Of a stretch of DNA of 64,000 nucleotides, positions 35,901 through 44,123 are shown one piece after another. The stretch's first letter is position 1. Each line of letters opens with the position of its first letter. A program made the translations under genes and the position numbers. Origin of the DNA: a virus; the IMG/VR virus record IMGVR_UViG_3300049215_000519, positions 1 to 64,000 of that record; one strand, written 5' to 3'. Under the pieces are notes generated by a model. It made no database searches. It saw nothing but the letters and a program-made list of their open reading frames with translations, and was not told the DNA's origin.

Positions 35901-37106
35901 CAGATCCCAGAGCACCGAGACGCGTCGACGCTTCGACGAGATGCCGATGACGCGGATCTTCGCGACGTAGGCCATGAGCGCGTGGTGGCGATCGACGTCA
36001 TCGACGTAGGTCTCGAGGTCGATCGTCACCTGGTTGTCGTCGATCGCGTCCTGCAGGATGTTCAACATCAGCTGCGCAGCGCGTTCGGGGTCGGTCAGCT
36101 CGTACTCGACGTCGAGCTTGAGCCGGATATCGCGGCCCTTTCCTAGTGCGTCGACTTTCCCTGCATCGTAGATGAGGTTGATGAACGCCATGTCCGGCGT
36201 GTGCGAACCACCAATGGTTGCGCCACCACCACGAAGCAAGGCTGCGGGGTGGATCGCCGGAATGACAGGGCGCACGCCAGAACCATCAACATCGACATCG
36301 AAGAGCGTCCCAACGATGTCGGTGATCTTGATCGGCTTTTTCTTGGTCGGCTTCTTGCCGACTTTCGCCTGCTTCGCAAGCTCCTTCTCCTTCTGCTTGG
36401 CGTGGTACTCGACGTTCGCGTCGGCTGTCGCCTTGATCCAGAGCTTCTTGTGATCGCGCTCGGTCTCCTTCTCAAGGTACTGCCTCCAGTTGCTAGGCTT
36501 CCTCTTATGGATGCGGATGCACTCGTGCTTGACCTGTTCCTGCCGAATCTTGAGGAGCTTTTTGAATCGGCGCGCCGCGATCTTCTCGATCGCTGCACTC
36601 TCGGCCTTGGCGTCCTTGCTCGCGGCCTTCTGTTTCTCCTTCTGTGACTTCTTCCTCGTCTTCGGTACATCCGGCGGGTCAATCGCGTCGAGCGATTCCT
36701 GAGGGATGATCGCGCGCGCGGCAACCGCGCCGAGCGTGAGCACGGGCTTGCCGGGAAACTGCGCCAGCTCGGCCGCGAGCCTCGGCTTGCAGCACGCTGC
36801 CGCGCGCTCGCGTTCTTCGACGGGCGAGCCCTGCGGCGGTTGGCAGAGCGTCGCGTAGCCAACGAATAGGTGATCACGTGGTCGGCCGATCTTGTGCAAG
36901 ATCTGGTTGACCACCTGACCCGATGCGCCGATGAACGGACGACCCTGCTTCGTCTCGTGGAAGCCCGGCCCCTCGCTGATCAAGATCCACAGCGGATCAT
37001 CGGGATACTCCGAGAACACCGGCCGCGTCGGTCCACCATGCGTGGAGAACGGGCACTCCTCGCATCGAGCCCCATCGCACGTGCCGCGGTTGAGCCCCTC
37101 GCCCAT
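32991..37106 (-). CDS. Family-A DNA polymerase with N-terminal UDG-family-4-like domain, intein-containing
   Basis: UDG-like: CEECPF, SEGPGFHETKQGRPFIGASG. Exo: IDLETY, NALYD. Pol: FDFAQIEARILA (motif A), KTLEYATWYGAS (motif B), IAQIHDAAVFE (motif C). K/E-rich linker. A 343-aa insertion follows NFED. Confidence 0.9.
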   Translation of the reverse strand: MGEGLNRGTCDGARCEECPFSTHGGPTRPVFSEYPDDPLWILISEGPGFHETKQGRPFIGASGQVVNQILHKIGRPRDHLFVGYATLCQPPQGSPVEERERAAACCKPRLAAELAQFPGKPVLTLGAVAARAIIPQESLDAIDPPDVPKTRKKSQKEKQKAASKDAKAESAAIEKIAARRFKKLLKIRQEQVKHECIRIHKRKPSNWRQYLEKETERDHKKLWIKATADANVEYHAKQKEKELAKQAKVGKKPTKKKPIKITDIVGTLFDVDVDGSGVRPVIPAIHPAALLRGGGATIGGSHTPDMAFINLIYDAGKVDALGKGRDIRLKLDVEYELTDPERAAQLMLNILQDAIDDNQVTIDLETYVDDVDRHHALMAYVAKIRVIGISSKRRRVSVLWDLLPNWCFSYLQLVLGNVPTVYHNALYDRTVLRAYGFVLPSYGVDEHAQNFEDCYIESETEFLTQLGWKKYEDVKAGTLLATVNQAGQLEWQSFFSRTSRHYQGEALIFETNHTRAVVTPNHRMWCQPLRRTSKEWRGKPMAPWGFTKAADMLNSSTDSYAVQQACEPPKMGKTPELAKLQLMGLWLADGALSYYNGKPRSIMISQARDGHASKLLRHLAKTFEFTMREHLHDDEWRNHPVIEEIWDLSDPAIAEEFALLGRHSRSRKLPADAFQWSQEARETFLEALFLGDGSEHGGRAQRFVYRSGSEALADGVQALALSIGWSATNPKTYRPDDICHVFISRSVPISVPIRTRLAGANSKVTKIEVDDHIVCFSVPNETLITRSRGKPAFYGNTLLAHHAAFPGNAHRLQNVVSQFFGAGPWKAEFRNQEETLDKLAVYNGLDTGGTQALVAPLMHWIRKTKTERIYELDKRMSDIASRMHLAGIPIDREVNSQLVRTFTRLAKDSRAAVEAQARDPKTLEAVRHHLALQLAQKKRKADSDDFETRYNTRLDDTNSFKWNWKINNSKHISSLLQAMGVPLIQVTEGGAISTKKSVLESLVDHSIVQSILTYRQNNKMLDFVWPIFDRIDGDKIIQHGFADENDRIHPIWSIHKISGRWASSEPFGISNAPREKTKKVPIETKLHKDTIITKVLCKVCEKVEYEHKNSDHKYIAGWIEYAERPTTKRQVVARPGRKLVGFDFAQIEARILALISGDEFMCEVFGRDGDLHTECARVVFAGFDGKTASERKMARTVCKTLEYATWYGASDDKVWKGLLQEGYKFKFQDVVGSLNVLRKKMQGIVRWQRETIQMASQPPYELRDFVGGRRRVWPMGQVEASEALSIVPQSTGAAIMNIGMFKMDQRLVRYKEAFCIAQIHDAAVFECWADDAEAVKQDIIECFTYEHTNEANGQTVKFLVEVDIGQAWSDI
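34719..35747 (-). mobile_element. LAGLIDADG-type intein in the exonuclease region of the polymerase
   Basis: Starts CYIESETEFLT and has a TPNHRMW (TxxH-like) block. Dodecapeptide motifs LMGLWLADGALS and FLEALFLGDGSEHG. Ends KPAFYGN followed by Thr. The extein joins as NFED|TLLAHH. Lower GC. Confidence 0.85.
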
Positions 37107-37114
37107 CTAGTCCT

Positions 37115-37600
37115 TCAGACCATCCTCCGTGGCGAGACGACGCGGCCACCGTAGATCGCTCGCGTCTCGTGTGGGCTGGTATCGCGGAAGTTGTCGAGGA
37201 TGTCTCGCACGAAGTCGACGTCTCGAGCGAACTTCGCCGACGGCTTGAGGTACGCATACATCCGCTGGCCGACGTCGACGCGCAGCAGACGCCCCGCGCG
37301 GCAGAGCATCACGAGATGCCGATGCAACGTGCGATCGCCGGTGTTCGGCGTCGCGCCGATCGACCCGAAGTCGTTCTCGACCTCGTGGAAGATAGCCTGG
37401 AAGCTGGCGACGTTCAGCCGGTTGATCACCCGCATGATCGACTCGTCGAGCGCCTCCGGCGAGTTCATCAGCTTCCACGGCTCTCGCTTGGAGCGTGGCT
37501 GCTGTTCCTTCTTAGCGCGCACCTCGTGCGGCTCGTGAATCCCCTCGATGTCGCAATCATCTTCACGACAGATCTCTACCGGCAGATCTTCCTGCTGCAT
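37115..37600 (-). CDS. Hypothetical protein (winged-helix-like C-terminal half)
   Basis: ATG at 37600 with AAGGAG 5 nt upstream. The track start at 37663 lies inside the motif variant. Confidence 0.55.
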   Translation of the reverse strand: MQQEDLPVEICREDDCDIEGIHEPHEVRAKKEQQPRSKREPWKLMNSPEALDESIMRVINRLNVASFQAIFHEVENDFGSIGATPNTGDRTLHRHLVMLCRAGRLLRVDVGQRMYAYLKPSAKFARDVDFVRDILDNFRDTSPHETRAIYGGRVVSPRRMV

Positions 37601-37627
37601 GACGACTCCTTGACGAGCCCACCCGGG

Positions 37628-37649
37628 CTCTATGTGGTTCGCGTCTGAC
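37628..37649 (-). promoter_or_regulatory. Degenerate GTCAGACG element
   Basis: GTCAGACGCGAACCACATAGAG. The TA is displaced by 2 nt and the downstream gene has a normal SD-containing leader. Confidence 0.25.
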
Positions 37650-37937
37650 GAGGACGCTGACAACCTGAGTACTATAAGATCACTATCAAGAGAAGATCGA
37701 AGTGGGGTGCCGATGGGGTAGCGAGAAAAAGTGCCCTGACTGGTAAGGTCTACTTTCGCCCGGGCCAGGCTAGCCCCGTACCAAGGGGCAAGGACAAAAG
37801 GTGGCCGTTACTTTCCACGGCCAAGTCATCGAGTTAGGCCACTCTCGCGGCCGGCTAGCACTCGGGCTGTTCGATGGGGGTGGAACCACCGTGGATGGGG
37901 GAATCCACAGCCTCAGGCTTGGCTGGTCCTCGAACCG

Positions 37938-38492
37938 TTACGCGCGACGAGTCGCAGGCGCAGCCGCGGGCTTCGTAGTCGTAGCAGTAGCCTTCTTCGT
38001 CGCCGGGGGAGGCGGCGGAGGGGCGGCGGCCTCGATCGTCTCGAGTGGCCTCTCGTTGCAGAGGTTCGCGAACATGCGGGCCTCACGCGGCTGACCATCT
38101 GGCCCTGGAGTCGCATCGCCCTGGTTGTGGACGATCGACGCACGATACTTCGCGCCCATGAGCGCCGACGCACGGAACTTGTCGAGCGGCGCGCCGCAGG
38201 CGATCATGATGTTCTTCAGGCGCCCCATCGCCTTGTCGGTGAGCGGGTAGTTGGCCCACACCTTCTGGCCGGTGTACTTCGCGGCCTCGTCGTCCTCCTG
38301 GCCCTCGGCGACCTTGCTAGTCACCACGACCATCGGCGTGTTCTTCGAGGACGGCTTCTGCTCGACATGCTCCACCTCGAAGATGTAGTCATTGACGGGC
38401 AGCAGCGGGAATCCCCTGCCACCGAACTCCTTGATGTTCTCGAAATCTGCTTCGATCTCGAAGTCGACGAACTCTTGCTGTTCCGTTGCCAT
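37938..38492 (-). CDS. DUF669-like phage ssDNA-binding protein
   Basis: LPVNDYIFEVEHVE...., GQKVWANYPLTDKAMGRLKNIMIACG. Pro/Ala/Thr-rich tail. Directly downstream of the AAA_24 ATPase, as in Sak4-type modules. Confidence 0.6.
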   Translation of the reverse strand: MATEQQEFVDFEIEADFENIKEFGGRGFPLLPVNDYIFEVEHVEQKPSSKNTPMVVVTSKVAEGQEDDEAAKYTGQKVWANYPLTDKAMGRLKNIMIACGAPLDKFRASALMGAKYRASIVHNQGDATPGPDGQPREARMFANLCNERPLETIEAAAPPPPPPATKKATATTTKPAAAPATRRA

Positions 38493-38516
38493 GGCATTCT
38501 CTTTCTGTTGTTGTTG

Positions 38517-39440
38517 TTACTTCACCGTCGACTTCTCGACGGACGAACCGTTGGAGACACCCTTGACGACGAACGTCGCGGGCTTGACTGCAACTGCAGC
38601 CGGCTTGGCCATAACCGGAGGTGCCTTAGGCGCGACCGGCGTGACCGCGGGGATCTTGTTCATCGGCACGAGGCCCTTGCGGATCGCGTCGACATCGTAG
38701 CCGAGCGACTCCATCATCGTGGCGTAGGTGCCGCGCATCGGGCTCGCCAAGAGATTCGCGCGCCCACCGAGGCGGTTTCCCGCGACGTAGTGCCGACCAT
38801 CCTTCACCGGGTACCGCTTGGTATAGATGTTGAAGTTGGCGGGCTGCGATGGCTGCGGCTGATCCACACGGAAGTGGAAGATGAAGTCACAGCCAGCGCT
38901 GAACTTGTCGGACTGCTGGCCCGGAATGAGCGGTCGACCGACGGGATCATCCTCCTCAGGATGGCGCGCCAGCGCGAGCCAGCCAAAGTTGACGCCAAGC
39001 GCGTGGCCTTGGATGCGGACGTTGCGCAGGTGGATCCCAAGATCGCCGTACGCCTTGCGCATGTCGACCTTGGTCTGCCTCATCAGGATCGAGTTCAGGA
39101 TCAAATCCGAGTAGAACGAGATCGAGTCGAGCCAGATTGACTTGATCCGTCCGCTCTGGATGAGCGGCTTGGCCCGCTCGAGGCACTGCACGAAGTCGGC
39201 CTCCGTCTCGATGCCCCACACGATCGGCGGCACGTTCTCCTCGAAGCGTGGCGTTGCCTCATCGTTCCAGTTGTCGTCACGCAACGATTCGAAGCCCTTC
39301 TCCGTCACGTCAGAGAGGAATAGCGGACGTGGAAACGTGCCAGCCCACGTCGTCTTACCAGAGCGCGTGTCGCCGTAGCAGAGGAACGTGTTGATCGGCA
39401 TGACGCCGACGTCGGTTGCCTTGAGGTCGATCTCACGCAT
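38517..39440 (-). CDS. AAA_24-family (Sak4-like) recombination ATPase
   Basis: FLCYGDTRSGKTTWAGTFPRPLFLSDVTEKG matches the AAA_24 N-terminus. IWLDSISFY is Walker B-like. Confidence 0.75.
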   Translation of the reverse strand: MREIDLKATDVGVMPINTFLCYGDTRSGKTTWAGTFPRPLFLSDVTEKGFESLRDDNWNDEATPRFEENVPPIVWGIETEADFVQCLERAKPLIQSGRIKSIWLDSISFYSDLILNSILMRQTKVDMRKAYGDLGIHLRNVRIQGHALGVNFGWLALARHPEEDDPVGRPLIPGQQSDKFSAGCDFIFHFRVDQPQPSQPANFNIYTKRYPVKDGRHYVAGNRLGGRANLLASPMRGTYATMMESLGYDVDAIRKGLVPMNKIPAVTPVAPKAPPVMAKPAAVAVKPATFVVKGVSNGSSVEKSTVK

Positions 39441-39903
39441 GCTTGGTCTTCCTCGGTCCGCGTTTGGTCAGGCCGTTGGTGTGCAGTGGGTGCAAGCTCT
39501 CTCGGCCGCACCGCTCGTCGCGGCACGGGATGAAATCGATCTCGTCGAGAAAGTCGCGCTGTGGTTGCACGACGATCGTCTTGGGCTCAGGCAGCCTCAT
39601 CTGTCGCGGTAACACTACAGGCTGGGTCTGACTCTGTGCGGCTTGCAGACGCTTGACCTTCTCCTCGAGCTGAACAGCGTAATGCTCGACGAGCCGCGTG
39701 CGCTCGTTCGCTTCTCGCACTTTCGTTTGCAGTTCAGTATTTTGCGTCGTGAGCTGCAAGTTTCTCGCGATCAGCCGAGTATCGTTGCCGGTCTTCTCGA
39801 CGTGTTCGAGCACGCGCTCGAGAAGTTCGATGGGCTCATCGAGCGTCACGCAGCCCACGCTGTGCAGCAATAGAAAACGCCTCGCGTCGGTGATCGCGCT
39901 CAT
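39433..39903 (-). CDS. Hypothetical coiled-coil protein with internal promoter-like element
   Basis: AGGAGG lies 5 nt upstream of the ATG at 39903. Contains motif copy 39612..39632 followed by the in-frame ATG 39600. Confidence 0.55.
   Translation of the reverse strand: MSAITDARRFLLLHSVGCVTLDEPIELLERVLEHVEKTGNDTRLIARNLQLTTQNTELQTKVREANERTRLVEHYAVQLEEKVKRLQAAQSQTQPVVLPRQMRLPEPKTIVVQPQRDFLDEIDFIPCRDERCGRESLHPLHTNGLTKRGPRKTKHA
39612..39632 (-). promoter_or_regulatory. GTCAGACC-N7-TANNNN element (intragenic copy)
   Basis: GTCAGACCCAGCCTGTAGTGT, then 11 nt, then in-frame ATG at 39600. Confidence 0.4.
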
Positions 39904-40033
39904 GTTCCTCCTAGGCTAGTCGCCGCGGACGGCTGTTCAACCGCCTTCCTATGTTGACGAGGGTGGCGCCCTAACACGGTCAAGAACCCAAACTCTCGAC
40001 CAGCCAAATCTTGAAGTAGCTGACCAGCGTGCA

Positions 40034-41071
40034 TCACTCGCCCGTCGCGCAATGATTGAAAAGATCGCACTTGCCCCAACGCCCGATGCAGGCTGCACGA
40101 GCGCGAGGGAAGTTGCCCGTCGCGACCGCGTGCTGCATCTGCGCTCCCCACACCCGCAAGTCTTTCTCGTGTTGTCCGACTTGCCAAGAGTTCGGGCCGA
40201 TCGTCGTGCGATGGAGCTGAGGTTCCTTCTGCTTGCCGAGGAGGTTGACGATCGTGCCACGTAGCTCTCCGAACTTGTTGTGCAGGCCAAGCCGCTTCCA
40301 CAGCATCGTCTGCCCCAAGATCTCGCCGTCGTTAGACCACCCATTGAGGCTAGCGTCATCAAAGCGCGCCGTCGACTTGTGCTCGATGTTGTACGTGCCA
40401 GCGAGTCGATCGCCGATCGTCGTCGGGAAGTACGCGATCAAGTCATAGCGGCAACTCTCACCCGTGCGAGGATCCTGAAGGTTGTACTCGACCGCGAGTG
40501 GCATGATCTCTTCGCGTTGGTAGAACAGCGCGTAGTTCAGGAACACGCGCCAGCCTTCGTGTACGTGATCGGGCTTGGCCTTCATCAGCGCCTGGTCCCG
40601 TACGATCTCCGGCGTGAGTGGGTAGCCCGGCGTGATCATTCGCGTGTAGTAGATCGCGAGGAACGTGTGGATGAGCGTGCCGATCGCGAGCGCTTCGCGA
40701 TCTCCGTGCGACATGATCCCGGGCGGCAACGGCTCAACGTACTTGCGATACCAGAGATACGGGCAGCGCTGAAATGTGCTGATCATCGACCAGCCACGAC
40801 CACTCGAGATCCCGCCGAGTCGAGGCACCTTCGCGTTGTCGAAGATCTCGACGAGCACCTTCTCCATCGGCGGGAAGGGCACGAGATCCAACTCCTCGAA
40901 GAAGTTCTCGTCAGACGGGATGACCTCCGTCTTGAGAGCGACATCATCCTCGACGGCGATCCCGTAATCGTCGGTCTTTATCACGAGGCAGTCTTCAGCC
41001 TTCGGGTGACGAAACCGGCCGTTCATGCGCAGCAGGAGCGACCGTCCGCAGAGCAAGCACTTGACCGCCAT
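40034..41071 (-). CDS. PD-(D/E)XK Cas4/RecB-like exonuclease
   Basis: FQRCPYLWYRKY, YDLIAYF...YNIEHKST (D..ExK). C-terminal CIGRWGKCDLFNHC Fe-S-type Cys cluster. N-terminal CxxC. Confidence 0.7.
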   Translation of the reverse strand: MAVKCLLCGRSLLLRMNGRFRHPKAEDCLVIKTDDYGIAVEDDVALKTEVIPSDENFFEELDLVPFPPMEKVLVEIFDNAKVPRLGGISSGRGWSMISTFQRCPYLWYRKYVEPLPPGIMSHGDREALAIGTLIHTFLAIYYTRMITPGYPLTPEIVRDQALMKAKPDHVHEGWRVFLNYALFYQREEIMPLAVEYNLQDPRTGESCRYDLIAYFPTTIGDRLAGTYNIEHKSTARFDDASLNGWSNDGEILGQTMLWKRLGLHNKFGELRGTIVNLLGKQKEPQLHRTTIGPNSWQVGQHEKDLRVWGAQMQHAVATGNFPRARAACIGRWGKCDLFNHCATGE

Positions 41072-41169
41072 CTACCGGCCGTTCAGCTGCAGCGCCGCGG
41101 AGTGCCAGCGCAGAATGAATGCAAGATCCTGCCTATGGGGGCAATATCTGGTCTTCGCTGCTTGCGTCA

Positions 41170-42063
41170 TCACGTCAAACACCTCATGCAGGGGCCACAG
41201 CGACGCGCCTCGGACTTACCATGCGCGTCGACGGGACAAACAAGGCCACGCTGATGCGGCGTGAGTGATTGCCACCACTCGCTGTCGGCGAGAGACGGCA
41301 CCGACTTCGGCCGTAGTGCGTAGTCCGGGAAGATCACGTCGTCGACCTCGAGATCGTCGGGCACTTTGCCGTCGATCGTCAGGTAACAAAGACGCAGCCG
41401 CTTCGTGTCATTGTAGACGAAGGTCGAGTCTCCTTCGTACGTGTTATCACCCGGCTCGAACGCGTAGCGCTCGGCTGCAGAGCGGGCGATCTCGTAGTTG
41501 TCGACGTCGCACGAGAGGTTGATCGCAAGATTGCCGCCACGCTGGGTGGACACAACAACCAAGGGATGAAGGAACTTGTTGCCGAAGCTGCGCGTATAGA
41601 TCCAGAACGGAACCTCGGGTGCCTGACGACACACATCCGCGATCCATTCCGCGTACCTCGCTGAGAACAGGTCACCGCTGACGTGCCAACGAAACCCACC
41701 GCGAGCTTCTTGCCTGATCCAGTCCGCCATGATCTCAGACCACTCGACGTACAGGATCGGATCAGCAATGATACGCTTGATCTCATCGGTGTTGTGGCGA
41801 TATAGCTGCCACGTTGGATTCTGGTGCTTCTCTAGACCATGGACGTAGCAAGCCTTCTGGCACGCAGCCGTCGAGCCCGGGCACGTCTCGATCTGTACGA
41901 GCGAGAACGCGTTCGGCTTAGGGTCCGCGAGTGATCCGTTCTCTCGAGTGATCTTGCCGTTGCCATCGACGAAGAGATGCGTGCCGTTCGGACCGCCGAG
42001 CCGCTCGGAGCAGAACGCCGTCGTGGCTGCGGTCGTGCCGACTACTGGTAGATGGGGCTTCAT
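41170..42063 (-). CDS. Cys-rich hypothetical protein (Gp88-family-like?)
   Basis: Start MKPHLP at 42063 (ATGA overlap). CPGSTAACQKACY, FRWHVSGDLFS, CPVD....RRCGPCMRC. The family assignment is uncertain. Confidence 0.5.
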   Translation of the reverse strand: MKPHLPVVGTTAATTAFCSERLGGPNGTHLFVDGNGKITRENGSLADPKPNAFSLVQIETCPGSTAACQKACYVHGLEKHQNPTWQLYRHNTDEIKRIIADPILYVEWSEIMADWIRQEARGGFRWHVSGDLFSARYAEWIADVCRQAPEVPFWIYTRSFGNKFLHPLVVVSTQRGGNLAINLSCDVDNYEIARSAAERYAFEPGDNTYEGDSTFVYNDTKRLRLCYLTIDGKVPDDLEVDDVIFPDYALRPKSVPSLADSEWWQSLTPHQRGLVCPVDAHGKSEARRCGPCMRCLT

Positions 42064-42299
42064 GGCTCCCCTCCGATCCCGCTGACGGATTTGCAGATGG
42101 GGCACGCCTTGATCTCGCGCTTGTTGACCACCGAGATCCACGTCTTGCCCTCGCGGAAGAACGAGTCGTGGACCTGCACGACGCCATCGGCCGCGTTGTA
42201 CTCGACGCTGCAGTATGACGTCGCGATCGCTTTGAGGCCCTTGCGAGCGGTGTGGAGCACGATGCAGAGCTTCTGCGGCGCTTCAATGGCTGCGATCAC
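42060..42299 (-). CDS. Hypothetical protein with C-terminal CPIC
   Basis: GTG at 42299 overlaps the upstream TGA. GGAGG lies 6 nt upstream. Confidence 0.45.
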   Translation of the reverse strand: MIAAIEAPQKLCIVLHTARKGLKAIATSYCSVEYNAADGVVQVHDSFFREGKTWISVVNKREIKACPICKSVSGIGGEP

Positions 42300-42472
42300 C
42301 AGAAACCTCCAGCGCTGAGGACGAGTACGTTGCTTGCGATCAGTCCGATCACGATCAACATGAGCACAACCGCGCCAGCGTGCGACAGCTTGCGGTCTGT
42401 GATCACGTCGCACACGGCGACCGCTAACCAGATCACGAACTCGATGAGGACGACAATTTGGGGCCACTGCAT
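42296..42472 (-). CDS. 58-aa two-TM membrane protein
   Basis: MQWPQIVVLIEFVIWLAVAVC....AVVLMLIVIGLIASNVLVL. ATG lies 8 nt after the motif hexamer. Below the ORF-track cut-off. Confidence 0.5.
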   Translation of the reverse strand: MQWPQIVVLIEFVIWLAVAVCDVITDRKLSHAGAVVLMLIVIGLIASNVLVLSAGGFW

Positions 42473-42480
42473 GCTGGTCT

Positions 42481-42501
42481 CTTGTATCAGATGGGTCTGA
42501 C
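42481..42501 (-). promoter_or_regulatory. GTCAGACC-N7-TANNNN element
   Basis: GTCAGACCCATCTGATACAAG, then 8 nt, then ATG at 42472. Lies between the SNF2 stop and the next gene. Confidence 0.45.
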
Positions 42502-42507
42502 AGCTTG

Positions 42508-44064
42508 CTAGCCAAGCCCGCTCGCGATGAGATCGTCGAAGAACCGTTGCATGTCGGGCTCGTCACGAGGCCCCTCGATCGCGTCTCGGAGCGCGTCGAT
42601 CGAGTCGACCGCAGCACCAAGGCCTAGCGGCTCTGACGAGCTGAGCTTGGAGACGAGCGCTCGCACGAGTCGTTGGTCTACCACGTGGTTGGCGACGACG
42701 AACGTGATGTTCATCGCACGTTCAGGCGCGTAGGTCCGCATCTCGGCCTGCGCGAGGATTGCGGGCGTGTAGTCGACCTCTGCGAAGATCGCGAGGTGCG
42801 AGTGCGAGAGGTCGATGCCGACCTGAGCAACGGCCATGGTGGCGACGAGCGCTGAGCTTGGCGTCGCTCTCCAAGCCGCCATCCGTTCTTCGCGCTTGTC
42901 GGCGTGGACATCACCATGGATGACGAATGCACGCTCGCCGAGTACGTCGGCGATGTCATCGGCGAACTGCTTGTGCCACGTCCACACCACTACCGGCTCT
43001 CCGCGGTCCATCGCCTTGTTCGCTTCCTCGACGACGGTCTTGAGCTTGATCTTGCACAGTTGTGACCGGTAGTGGGCGAGATTGCCCGCGGTGTTCGTCC
43101 GCTCAGATCGGAGCTTGCCCGCGAGCACGTCGAGCTTGCGGCTCGTCGCCGCGTCGACCTCGGAGAGCACGACGCTACGCGAGATCGACGGCAAGTCGGC
43201 CTGCGCATCCTTCCACAACCGACGGATCATGATCTCCGACAGCCGCGCGGTCAGCTCGTCACCGTTCGAGAGGCCTGTGAATCTAGTACCAAAAGCGGTT
43301 TCTTCAGGCGCTCCATAGCGAGATGAGAACTCCCAGTAACTGCCCCACGCCCCCGGCGCTAGAGTACCAAGCACGTTCCACAAATCCGTCGGCCTCTTCC
43401 AGATTGGGGTTCCGGTAAGAGCTAACACCTTCTCTGCACGGCTAGCGAGAAGAACCACCGCGTTGGATCGACTCGAACGCCGATTTGTGATCGCATGAGC
43501 CTCGTCAAGAATGAGCGTGCCGATCGGCATGATCACTTGCCACTTGCGAACGATGTCGTAGTGCGCGAAGATGATCGGACGAGAGAGCAACTCTCGGTTC
43601 ACCGTCCAGCCTGTCAACACACCCACCGGGACTCCAGGAAACACACGGCGAAGCCAGCCAAGCCAAACCGCGCGTGCCGACAAAGGCGCCACGATGACCA
43701 ACGAACCACGATCTGGGTCGTGAGCCATAATCCCCGTAAGTGTTTTCCCCAGACGCATCGCGTCACCAACCAAGACTCCCCGTCTAGGCGCTATAAAATC
43801 AAGAGCTTGCTGCTGAGTCGTGCGAAGCTTGAAGCCGAGCTGGGCCGTGCGTACGTCGCGCGCGTTCCAATCGCCAGCGCAGCGCGAAAGCGCCATAGAA
43901 GCCTCTGGCGTGTCGAGCAGCGGAAGGTGGGTCTCGTGCAAGGACCACGAGCGATCGCGCTCCTGCTTCAGGCCAACGCCCGCGCCGCGCTTGAGGATCC
44001 GGTTCGCGGTCTCTTGATCGGCGGACCACCAGCCGGGGAATCGCTTGCCGGTCGCAGGTTTCAT
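42508..44064 (-). CDS. SNF2-family helicase
   Basis: GDAMRLGKTLTGI (motif I), LILDEAHAITN (DEAH), and a helicase C-domain with ATMAVAQVGIDLS. Confidence 0.85.
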   Translation of the reverse strand: MKPATGKRFPGWWSADQETANRILKRGAGVGLKQERDRSWSLHETHLPLLDTPEASMALSRCAGDWNARDVRTAQLGFKLRTTQQQALDFIAPRRGVLVGDAMRLGKTLTGIMAHDPDRGSLVIVAPLSARAVWLGWLRRVFPGVPVGVLTGWTVNRELLSRPIIFAHYDIVRKWQVIMPIGTLILDEAHAITNRRSSRSNAVVLLASRAEKVLALTGTPIWKRPTDLWNVLGTLAPGAWGSYWEFSSRYGAPEETAFGTRFTGLSNGDELTARLSEIMIRRLWKDAQADLPSISRSVVLSEVDAATSRKLDVLAGKLRSERTNTAGNLAHYRSQLCKIKLKTVVEEANKAMDRGEPVVVWTWHKQFADDIADVLGERAFVIHGDVHADKREERMAAWRATPSSALVATMAVAQVGIDLSHSHLAIFAEVDYTPAILAQAEMRTYAPERAMNITFVVANHVVDQRLVRALVSKLSSSEPLGLGAAVDSIDALRDAIEGPRDEPDMQRFFDDLIASGLG

Positions 44065-44071
44065 CGCCCAC

Positions 44072-44092
44072 AGACTACGCCCTCGGTCTGAC
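44072..44092 (-). promoter_or_regulatory. GTCAGACC-N7-TANNNN element driving SNF2
   Basis: GTCAGACCGAGGGCGTAGTCT, then 7 nt, then ATG at 44064. Confidence 0.5.
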
Positions 44093-44102
44093 TCCTCGCG
44101 CT

Positions 44103-44123
44103 GTCAGACCCATGGGGTAGCTT
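44103..44123 (+). promoter_or_regulatory. GTCAGACC-N7-TANNNN element driving gene 44132
   Basis: GTCAGACCCATGGGGTAGCTT, then 8 nt, then GTG at 44132. Back-to-back with the copy at 44072..44092, boxes 10 nt apart. Confidence 0.5.

Noticed and set aside
37664-37937. tRNA gene in the only long non-coding gap of the replication operon
   Set aside because: I could not assemble an acceptor stem, GTTCRANNC T-loop or anticodon arm of correct geometry on either strand. Only isolated hairpins are present. tRNAscan-SE should still be run.
38127-41254. Long plus-strand ORFs 38127..39140 (337 aa) and 40280..41254 (324 aa)
   Set aside because: They are antisense shadows of the AAA_24 ATPase and Cas4-like nuclease genes, which carry clear catalytic motifs. 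The shadow products are Arg/Leu/Val-rich and motif-free.
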